In this document: positions 54,049-64,000 of the stretch, one piece after another
Layout of the letters: each line of letters opens with the position of its first letter
Position numbering within the stretch: position 1 is the first letter of the stretch
DNA from: Octopus sinensis
Taxonomy: Eukaryota
Assembly (NCBI RefSeq): GCF_006345805.1
Contig: NC_043004.1
Location: 70,618,001 to 70,682,000, forward strand
Direction of reading: 5' to 3'
DNA length: 64,000 bases
The notes under the pieces: model-generated
Told to the model about the DNA's origin: nothing
The model's input: only the letters and a program-made list of their open reading frames with translations
Database searches by the model: none
Made by a program: the position numbers and the translations under genes

Positions 54049-54309
54049 GATTATTTCTAGCTGGCTGACCGTCAATGTCAGAAACTACCGTTTTGTCTTG
54101 TCCATTCAGAAGTTGTCATTATTATCGTTGTTGATGTTTATCCCCAAGGCTAACCATGAACCAACAACATCTAATTCTTATATCAAAGGCTACATTTAGT
54201 CTTTTGTATCTTTTAATGATGGTAAGGTATGACTTATGGGCGGTTTGGCTGTTATTTCCAGCAGGACAAACGACCATGTGGTGGTACCCTTTTTAGTTTG
54301 TGATCTGTG

Positions 54310-54555
54310 TGACTAAGAGGCCAGAAGGTAGAAGACCATCAAGTTGGTTGTGGAGGCAGCAGAAGTTGCTACATGTTGCTTCAAAGTTCAGGAAGTATGT
54401 ACTCCAGAAAAAGTAGTACTACCTGAGGCAGTGCAAGCTGGACATAAGCTGGGAGTTTGATCAACCTCAGCTGGATCGCCTGGGCAAGGGTATCTGATGT
54501 TGAAAGACCTGAAACATCTAATGACCATAAGAAACATCATCAGATGATGTTTGGA
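54310..54555 (+). mobile_element. HERO-like (RLE) non-LTR retrotransposon 3' end
   Basis: ARR*KTIKLVVEAAEVAT resembles the HERO ORF C-terminus; UTR GATCAACC..GGATCGCCTGGGCAAGGG..GATGTTGAAAGACC.GAAAC..ATGACC resembles the HERO 3' UTR as recalled. Confidence 0.55.
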
Positions 54556-54585
54556 AAAATGGTCACTGTACATATAACCAATGTA

Positions 54586-55791
54586 TGAGGGAGTACCCAA
54601 AAGAAATTGGAATTTTGCATATTATTTTATTCACTTAGTTTTAGATGTTTATACTTTTATTGCCTCCATTTGAAGCATTGCATCAATGCAGACATGTTTC
54701 CCACTGTTCAAAGCAGTCCTGGAACTCTTGCAAAATGATGCCTTTAAATACCTCCAACATTTTCACATCTGCAAATTCCTAAGTACTAACTTTCATTACC
54801 AATGATGACCTTTGAAAAAATCTGGATCAGCTTCCATCTGTTCTTTCAGTTCATGGCACATATTCAATTGAAACAGCTTTTGATCTTCCACAAGCAAACG
54901 AGACACATATTCTGCTGCAACTCTTTTCATTCACAATTCCTCATTCAGAATTCATTGGCAGGAGCTCCAGGACACAAAAGTCATATCAACAGGTTTGTTA
55001 ATTGTTGGATGATGATCCTCTGAGATCGCTTCATGGATTTCATGATGTTTTCATTTGTTCAGGTCGACAGTCGCCCCGAACAAGGTGGGTCTTAAAGTGA
55101 CACGGGACCATTCCTAAAGCATGAAAACCACTTGTAAACTTGCATTTTGCTCATGGCAGCATTCTTGTAAGCTGTTTGAAGCATGACAACTGTTTCGGCT
55201 GCCATTTTCCCCAGCACAAAAAGAGGATTTCATGGAAGCATGCTGTTCCTTCATTTCAGCCATTGCAAAAATCAACAAATAGGGGAGAAGCACTGCAAAG
55301 CAAAGACACACCATGTGGCAGTGTGACTTCACATGACTTCTAGCAGCATAAGCTTGAAGTACAACAGGCTTAACCTGCAGAGAATGTTTCTTATTTCTTT
55401 ATAGACCACAAGGGGCTAAACATGGAGGGGGACAGACAAGGACAGATAAAGGGATTAAGTCGATTACATCGACCCCAGGGCATAACTGGTACTTAATTTA
55501 TCAACCCCAAAACGATGAAAAGTAAAGTCAACCTCGGCAGAATTTGAATTCATAAACATCTAATGACCATAAGAAACATCATCAGATGATGTTTGGAAAA
55601 ATGGTCTCTGTACATGGTCACCAATGTATGAGGGAGTACCCAAAAGAAATTGGAATTTTGCATATTATTTTATTCACTTAGTATTAGATGTTTATACTTT
55701 TATTGCCTCAGCATTTTGCCCGGCGTACTAACATTTCTGCCAGCTCGCCGCCTTCAGAGAATGTTTCTGATTACTTTTGGGTACCTCCTCA
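54586..55791 (-). mobile_element. Internally deleted mariner with both TIRs
   Basis: TA|TGAGGGAGTACCCAAAAG and CTTTTGGGTACCTCCTCA|TA; remnants MAEMKEQHA (N-terminus) and QEFQDCFEQW (C-terminus). Confidence 0.85.
55392..55754 (-). mobile_element. SINE family C carrying a 156-bp templated insert
   Basis: 14-bp TSD CAGAGAATGTTTCT at 55378-91 and 55755-68. Confidence 0.88.
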
Positions 55792-58149
55792 TATTCTATC
55801 ACTGGGGTTATGTTATCACCATCAGGCATAGTTCAGCATGAAAGAACAGAGGACAGGCATGGATTCACAGTTTAGAAGTTTGCTTCACAACCAGATATTT
55901 CCAGTTTCAATCACACTGTACTGTATCTTGGATACAAGTCTTCTACCATAGCTGTAGGTTAGCATTTGAACCAGCCATGTTTATCCCAGATCTTCTCCCT
56001 ATTTTACGTTCAAACCAACCAGATCTGGCCTTTCACACTTACCCTACAATGTCATTCTAAAAATAAACAATCACATCATCAAAGACTTGAAGCTGTGAAA
56101 TGGTATATAATTAACACAAAACAGTATGAATAAAAAAGCCTTACTTTTGAAAGAGTAATCTGAATGCTAATGGGTCAACCAATAGCTTGGGAGTTATATT
56201 GAATCATGCATGGATATGCATGGATATGGATCTTAAGTGTATGCTACAGCACCATTTTTAGATGTTCTGCATTTCGTCTTTTGCATATCTTTTATCGTCT
56301 ACTGTTCATTAGATTCTGGTCATGCTGAAACACCACTTTGAAGGGCTGGCCTGAACACATTGCCCACACCCCCAGTATTTGTTTGTGAGTCAAGTATTTA
56401 TTCAATTGGTCTCTTTATGCCAAACCATTAAGTCACAGGGACATAAACAAAATAACACCAGTTATCAAGTGGTGGTCCAAAGTGCCGTGGAGTGGGACCG
56501 AACATGAAATCACCTGAAGAGTTGTGAAGTCAAAGACACATATGCATATGCAAATGATGATGGTGGTGGTGGTGGTGGTGGTGGTGGTGGCAGCGGTGGT
56601 GGTGGTGGCAGTGGTGGCGGTGGTGGCAAACAGCTGGAGTGTTGCTCGCACAGCATTAAACATGTTGTGACATTTAGTTTCACTGCCCCGTGCCCAGTGT
56701 CCAAATCCTAGCAGGATCAAAGAAAATACAAAATAACTGAAACATTCTGAGTTCAAATCCCACTTAGGTCAACTTTACCTTTCCTCCATCCAGGGTCAGT
56801 GAAAAAAAAATCTGCTTTCCCATGCTGGAACAATGAGTTGGACAGCTTTTACTGAGGCAGTGCTTTACGGTTGGATAGTGGAAGTGCATAGCTTAGTGGT
56901 TAGGATGTTGGACTCATGATCATAATATTGTGGTTTCAATTCCTGGACCAGGTGACATGTTGTGTTCTTGAGCAAAACACTTCATCTCACAATGTTAGAA
57001 TGGTCTTTGTTTGATCAGGATTTTCTTAATTAGGACTGACCTTGGGTTATTCAACAACAGCCACAATGGTAATATTTTTTTTCTTTCTATTATCAACACA
57101 AGGCCTCAAATTTTATGGAGAGGGGACTAGTCAATTACACTGACCCCAGTGCTCAACGGGAACTTTATTTTATTGATCCCAAAAGGATGAAAGACAAAGT
57201 CAATGTTGATGGGATTTGAACTCAGAATGTAAGGGTGTGAGAAATGCCACTAGGCATATGGTCCAACACGATAATGATTGTGCCAGTTCACCACCTTCAA
57301 CAGTAACAATATCAACAACAGCAATAATAATAGACACAAGCCAGTGAGGTGAGATGATAGGTGGTCACTTGATCTATAGAAATAGCAGTTCAAATCTCCC
57401 TCAAATTACTTTCTGCTGTCTTAAGGGTTACATTGGATAATGTGGTCTCAAGTTTCCTGCACATAGGAAAAGAGGGGACGGTCCTGGTTTGAATGTCCTT
57501 GATCATAGATCTGCTCAGTCGGGCCTTACTCTGGGCTAAACGACAACAAGATCAACAACAACAGTAGTAACAGCAGTAGCAGCGGTAGCAGCAACACCTG
57601 CAACAAATGGTTTGAATGTCTTTGATCATAAATCTGCTCTGTCAGGCCTGACCCAGGGTTAAATGGCAACAAAATCAATGACAGCAGCAGCAGCAACAAC
57701 AATCCAAACTACAACAACAACTGTATCATCAATAATCTTAGAAACAACAACAATAACAACATCAACACTGCCACCACCACCAACAACAACAACAGCTGCA
57801 GCAGCACAAGCAACACTTACAACAACAACAACAACAACAACAACGCAAACAGCAACAACTGCAACATCAATAACCTGAGAAACAGCAATGACAACGACAA
57901 CATCAACAACATAAACAAATGTAGGTTAATATAGTTTAACGTGAAAGCATTATGTCTATCAATGTTTTGAAAGTAAATCAGCCGTGGTTGGGTGTCTGTG
58001 ATGGCACAATAAAGCTGTAATGCTGCCCAGCCATGAAGTCAGAGAGGCATGAAGAGACGATTTAGGCGTTGCCTGACAGAAACAGAAACAGAAAGAGATG
58101 AAAGCAATCAATGTGGGAATAAAGTAGATCTGTTATTAAATCCAGAAGG

Positions 58150-58740
58150 AAGGCAGTGAGTTGGTAGAATCGTTAGCATGCTGAGAAGATGCTTAGCGAC
58201 ATGTCATCCGTCTCCACGTTCTGAGTTCAAACGCTGCTGGGGTTGAGTTTGCCTTTCATCTTTTTGGCGTTTGTAAAATGAAGTACCAGTGAAATATTGG
58301 GGTCGATATAATTGACAAGTTCCCTCCCAAAAAATTTCAGGACCTATGCCTTTAGTAGAAAGGATTATTAAATTCAGAAGGAAGACGGTGAGCTGGTAGA
58401 ACCGTTAGCATGTGGGAAAACTGCTTAGCGACATGTCATCCGTCTTCACGTTCTGAGTTCAAATGATACCAGAGTCGACTTTACCTTTCATCCTTTTGGA
58501 GTCGATAAAATAAATACTAGTTGTGTACTAGGGTTGATGTAATTAACTACCCACCTCCTCCAAATTTCAGGTCTTGTGCCTGTAGCTGAAAGAATTATCA
58601 AATTCAGAAGGGCAGTAGTTTGGCAGAATTCTTAGTGTGTCAGAGAAAGCACCTTGCACTATTTACTTCTGGGTCTTTACATTCTGAGTTCAAATCCCAC
58701 TAAGGTCAACTTTACCTTTCCTCCATCCAGGGTCAGTGAA
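58150..58740 (+). mobile_element. Tandem trimer of SINE family C
   Basis: Each unit preceded by TTATYAAATYCAGAAGG (~58134, ~58364, ~58595). Confidence 0.8.
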
Positions 58741-59829
58741 AAATAAATCTGCTTTCCCATGCTGGAACAATGGGTTGGACAGCTTTTACTGAGGCAGTGC
58801 TTTACGGTTGGATAGTGGAAGTGCATAGCTTAGTGGTTAGGATGTTGGACTCATGATCATAATATTGTGGTTTCAATTCCTGGACCAGGTGACATGTTGT
58901 GTTCTTGAGCAAAGCACTTCATCTCACATTGCTTCAGTCCACTCAACAAGCAAAAATTAGTAATCCTGTGGCAGACTGGCATCCCATCCAGGCGGGGAAT
59001 TTATACGTCATGGACACCAGGAAACAGGCCCTTATGAGTCAGTATGACTCGAGAAGGTAACCTTTACCTTTACCACTGGATGCCCTTTTTCTTGACAGCT
59101 CTTTTTAGTTGCCTCTTATGACAACCAGAAATATGGTATATATATCCTAAAATCTAGGCATGCACTCAATACAGAATGTCTGCTTTATTATCATCCTCAT
59201 CATCCTCATCGTCCTCATCATCCAACCCATCATCCAACATTGAAAACCAGATTTAAAATACTGTTGATGATGATTGATAAAGCAAACAATATCAGCCACT
59301 CTACCATGACCACTCATGGCCCATATGTGTGCTGTGAGTTTTCAAGGTGAGTCAGAGTATGCTAGGATATTTTAAAATTTTGACTATTTTTAATACACCC
59401 AACACTAGTTTATGTATGTTTCTTTTGTGTCAAAGTACAATTAGTACGCTCATCACTGTTTTAAAACAATTTTGATACAGCATTTTTTTATATAATAAAA
59501 TTTGTAAAGAGTTCATGACATAAATTTAAAATTTTTAGTGCTTTATACAATATATCAATAGTATTGAATATAATGTGGAGGTACGTGGCTTAGTGGTTAG
59601 GATGTCAGCATCATGATCATAAGGCTGTAGTTTCGATTGCTGGACCAGGCGACATGTTGTGTTTTTAAGCAAAACACTTCATTTCATATTGCTCCAGTCC
59701 ACTCAGCTGGCAAAAATGAGTAACACTGCAATGGACTGGCATCCCGTCCAGCTGGGGAACACATATGCCATAGAAACCAGGAAACCGGGCCCATGAGCCT
59801 GGCTAGGCTTTAAAAGGGTGCATTTATTT

Positions 59830-60135
59830 GTGGAGGCACAATGGCCCAGTGGTTAGGGCAGTGGACCCTTGGTCGGAGGATCGCGGTTTCGATTCCCAGA
59901 CCAGGTGTTATGTGTGTTTATTGAGCTAAAACACCTAAAGCTCTCATGAGGCTCCGGCAGGGGGTGGTGGCGACCCCTGTTGTACTCTTTCGCCCCAACT
60001 TTCTCTCACTCTTTCTTCCTGTTTCTTAAGTAATGCTGCAATGGACTGGCGTCCCATCCAGCTGGGCAGAACACATACGCCACAGAAACCGGGAAACTGG
60101 GCCCATGAACCTGGCTAGGCTTGAAAAGGGTGCAG
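59830..60135 (+). mobile_element. SINE family A, fourth tail type
   Basis: Same as 41493-41806, opposite strand. Confidence 0.88.
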
Positions 60136-60289
60136 AAGAAGAAGACTGAATATAATAGTATAGAAGTGTGTACTGTGAAGGCACATGGATTAGTGGTTAG
60201 AGTATATAGTTCACAATCATAATTCTGTGAGTTTGATTCCCACCTATGCATTGTGTTCTTGAAGAGGACACTTTACTTCTCGTTGCTCA

Positions 60290-60600
60290 GGGTCATGTGG
60301 GTTTTGTCCCTTAGCCTATATGCTTCGCCAGAGTGAGGCAGCGAGGACTGAACTGGTCTTCACCTTAAGAAGGGTTCCACTCGCAGTTTTTTATCAACCA
60401 TGGCCACCTCCAGCAAGTTTTAGCTGCCATGCCTATCTCCTTCCTGGCTTTCTTCAGTTGTCTGGGTTTCAGACCTATTTTCTGCAGGAAATAGCTCACT
60501 GACCCGGCAGGAAAGCCACAGTAGCTGACTTCAGTGGGGAATGAGACTGCATGCCATCTCTTGACACGGGCCTCAATGATGAAGTTATAAGGTTGACCTA
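60290..60600 (-). pseudogene. HERO-like RLE-domain C-terminus plus 3' UTR
   Basis: Minus-strand frame RWHAVSFPTEVSYCGFPAGSVSYFLQKIGLKPRQLKKARKEIGMAAKTCWRWPWL resembles the GW....P.EVGCRGF...L..lG......i..AAE...RWLW motif. Confidence 0.65.
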
Positions 60601-60669
60601 GGACTAAACAGCATTTATTCTACATGTAAATATTGATCTTCAGATAACTCATTCCACTTCAATGACTGT

Positions 60670-61475
60670 TATGGGACTTAGTGCTGCTGCTGCTGTTGCT
60701 ACTACTAATATTACTACTACTACTACTACTATCTCCACTATAGCTGCTGCTGCTGCTGCTACTACTACTATTTCCATTACTACTACTACCATCACCACCG
60801 CTACTACCACCACCATTACTACTATCTCCACTACTACTATCTCTACTACTACGACTACTACTACTACTATCTCCACTATAGCTGCTGCTGCTGCTGCTGC
60901 TACTACAACTATTTCCATTACTACTACTACCATCACCACCGCTACTACCACCACCACTACTACCACCACCATTACTACTATCTCCACTACTACTACTACT
61001 ACTACAGATGCTGCTACTACTACTACAGCTGCTGCTACTACTGCCGCTACAACTACTACTAATACCAACACTAACACATCAACCACTAACACAAGTACAA
61101 CCACCACCACCATTACTACTACAATACAACCCTTTATCACTACTGCCTCCACAGCCACAACTATTGCCATCACTAGCACCACTGTCACAGTCACCACTAC
61201 TGTTATACCATTAGCATAACTACCACTATCACCTATACCAAAACCATTAACAACACCACTCCAACCAACACCTTCACCACTATTGTCACTAACAGCACTA
61301 ACACTGTCACAACCACCATTAACACTACCACCTGCACTGCAACCAATATCACTACCGCCACCACCACAACTACTACAACCATTATTATAACTACTACCAC
61401 CATCACTACAACCACCACCACCACAACCATCACCACCACAACTGTCACCACTGCCACAACCACCACCACAAACAG
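60670..61475. repeat. (ACT/ACC/GCT)n compound triplet tract with an internal ~110-140 bp duplication
   Basis: Direct reading; source of the poly-Thr/Val pseudo-ORFs. Confidence 0.9.
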
Positions 61476-61949
61476 CATGAAGCCTCTAACTTTTCATTCG
61501 AATTGCTTGAAATAAAACTATTTGCTGTTAGCCTTACAAGATAAGGCAGCTTCTACTGAATATAAAACCATTCTTCATACTAATGTGTGTGTCAAAAAGT
61601 TAACCCTTTCTTACACAGCGGCTGCCAGATTCATAATGGAACAATTGTGAGGCTATGTGACATATACAGAAATTAAGATTTAAACAAAATAAATTACAAT
61701 AGAAATATAAAAAAAAACAAAAGTTTAGCTCTTAAATCAAGTAATTTTGTAAAAAGAATACAATTCTCTTTATTTAGTTTCAAAAACTTTTATTCAATTT
61801 TTAAAAATAGTTAAAATACAGCCATGTTTTGGCTAAAGTTAATGATTTTTTTTATGTATCCTTTTTTCAGGAACAGCTTAATACACTTGTGAACAGTCAA
61901 TGGCGTTGGAGAGCATAAAGATTAAAGTTGTAGCTGACAAAACTTCACT

Positions 61950-63227
61950 GACAATGAGGACTGGAAACCATCTGAATATTGGTATAGTGTCACCTGTGTC
62001 ATGATGATTTGTGCTGGACATCAGAATGCCAACACCAGGACAGCTGCTCAATGTTCTGTGGACATTGTAAAGACTGAAAGATGTAATATCCTTTCTACCA
62101 TAGGCACAAGGCCTGAAATTTGGAGGGGAGGGGCATAGTCGATTACATCGACCATAGTACGCAACTGGTACTTGATTTATCGATCACGAAGGATGAAAGG
62201 CAGAGTCGACCTTGGTGGAATTTGTACACAGAATGTAGTGACAGGTGAAATACTGCTAAGCCTTTCATCCGGTGTGTTAACGATTCTGCCAGTTCGCCAC
62301 CTTACTGTGACAACTGCAACAGAGACTATGATGCTGTGGCCAGAAGGAAGGGACACACCAGGCATTCTGAGGGCATCCTCATGCTGAAATTCATCCCCAA
62401 CCCTTTAGTGTTTAAACCAGCCATATCCGGCCAAAATATTCTACCTATTTTATGTTCAAACTAGTCAGATATGGTCATTCATAGCTACCCTATTGTGTCA
62501 TTTTAAAAATAAACAATCACATCATTGAAATCTCAAAGCCATGAAATGATGCAAGATTAATTTTACATGGTGTGAATACATAAGCTTTACATTTTACAGA
62601 ATAATCTGAATGCTAAAGGGTTAAACAGGGCCTCGGGTTCAGTTCAGACAGCTATGTGAAATTATTGAAGACTGTGGTCAAACATTGGCTGGAGAGGGTT
62701 GTTGCTGGACGGCCATATGTGTGGCAGCAGGATTCAGCTCCTTGCCATACTTCCAGAAAGAGTCAGAAGTGGTTGTTGAAAAATTTCTATGGTATCACCA
62801 GCCCCAATTTCTGACTTCCTAATTACCCCCATTGCAACCCCACGGATTACTATGAGTGGGACAAGGTTGAGAAAAAGACCAACCATTCTGCTTGCAACAC
62901 TAAGGCTAAGCAGATGGCCAAGATCAAGGAGCATGTCTGCTAAGGTCACTGTCATCAATTCTCTGCAAGGAAACTTCATCATCAATTTACCATTTTTCTC
63001 TCAATAAAGTAGTTTTTAATTATTAATGGTGAGATACTAAAACTTTCTTCACAGTCGACTTTCCTCACGGTAAACTTTTTACATGGTAAATTGATGGCAG
63101 TAAATTTACCTGTAATCATCAAGGAGATGTTTAAAGATCTTCCCAGGGACACAGTGAGAAACACATGTGCCAGATTCCAGTGCCATTTTGAGGTCGTGGT
63201 GGAAGCTGAGGGTGGCTACTTTGAGTA
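61950..63227 (+). pseudogene. Fragmented DD37D (maT-type) Tc1/mariner transposase
   Basis: GRPYVWQQDSAPCHTS...PHCNPTDYY with 37 residues between the last two Asp; C-terminus IKEMFKDLPRDTVRN...VEAEGGYFE*; interrupted by a SINE, a MITE and a 186-bp insert. Confidence 0.85.
62401..62620. mobile_element. piggyBac-like MITE (220 bp)
   Basis: CCCTTTAG ... CTAAAGGG|TTAA termini; left TSD decayed (CCAA). Confidence 0.75.
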
Positions 63228-63600
63228 AGGAGTTGCTGTGTGGTAAGTAGCTTGCTTACCAACCACATGGTTCCGGTTTCAGTCCCACTGCATGGCACCT
63301 TGGGCAAGTGTCTTCTACTATAGCCTCAGGCCGACGAAAGCCTTGTGAGTGGATTTGGTAGATGGAAACTGATAGAAGCCCATCGTATATATGTATATGT
63401 GTGTGTTTGTCCCCCAACATTGCTTGACAACCAGTGCTGGTGTGTTTACGTCCCCGTCTCTTAGCAGTTCAGCAAGAGAGACCAATAGAATAAGTACTAG
63501 GCTTACAAAGAATAAGTCCTGGGGTCGATTTGCTCGACTAAAGGTGGTGCTCCAGCATGGCCACAGTCAAATGACTGAAACAAATAAAAGAATAAAAGAA
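63228..63600 (+). mobile_element. SINE family B with minimal internal microsatellite
   Basis: Full head-to-tail consensus match. Confidence 0.88.
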
Positions 63601-63895
63601 TCTACCAGTCATAGTCTAGTTGATTTTTTGAATTTTTAAAAATACTTTTCCTTTTGGATGGAATATTGTCTTTTCTTTTCCTTTGAGGCAAGCAGTCAAA
63701 TTTAACCCAAACACCCTGTATCTTGACAATTTGGCACAGTTTTGAGCATGAGGTTAAAGGGCTTATTTCCCAACCATCTGGTCTTGGGTTGAGTTTCACT
63801 ATGTGGCATCTTATGCAACTGTCTTCTGCTATAGAACTGGGCAGACCAAAGATTTGTGAAAGGATTTGGTTGACAAAAATTGAAAGAAGCCTGTC

Positions 63896-63926
<31 letters not shown>

Positions 63927-64000
63927 TGTCGCCAACATCACTTGACAACAAGAGTTGCTTTGTTTATATCCCCATAACATAGCAGTTCAACAAAAGCAGT

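Noticed and set aside
54490-54550. Hammerhead in the HERO-like 3' UTR (CTGATGT...GAAAC)
   Set aside because: A9 missing, no stem II pairing and no NUH site with stem I
60662-61219. Mucin-like poly-Thr ORF
   Set aside because: Triplet microsatellite mosaic with no signal peptide or flanking exon evidence

Overview
AT-rich eukaryotic DNA saturated with (TA)n, (CA)n, (GATA)n and triplet microsatellites. The tRNA-headed SINE families, RTE-type (ATG)n tails and microsatellite load look like a coleoid cephalopod (Octopus-like) genome; this is an inference from repeat content, not a database match. No intact host protein-coding gene is supported, and almost every ORF in the track is a translated microsatellite. 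What is recognisable is mobile DNA: three tRNA-SINE families, many RTE 3' tails plus an RTE ORF2 remnant, two HERO-like RLE-LINE ends, two decayed mariners and a DD37D (maT) transposase, hAT/piggyBac/Tc1-type MITEs, and two non-autonomous Helitrons with identical 3' ends. Most interesting are several minimal type I hammerhead-ribozyme motifs in Penelope-like remnants embedded in (TA)n tracts; one family has a repeated non-canonical core junction. Also notable are a ~1.2 kb foldback palindrome and two short locally templated duplications. Coordinates were read by eye; repeat boundaries are approximate unless a TSD or terminus is quoted.
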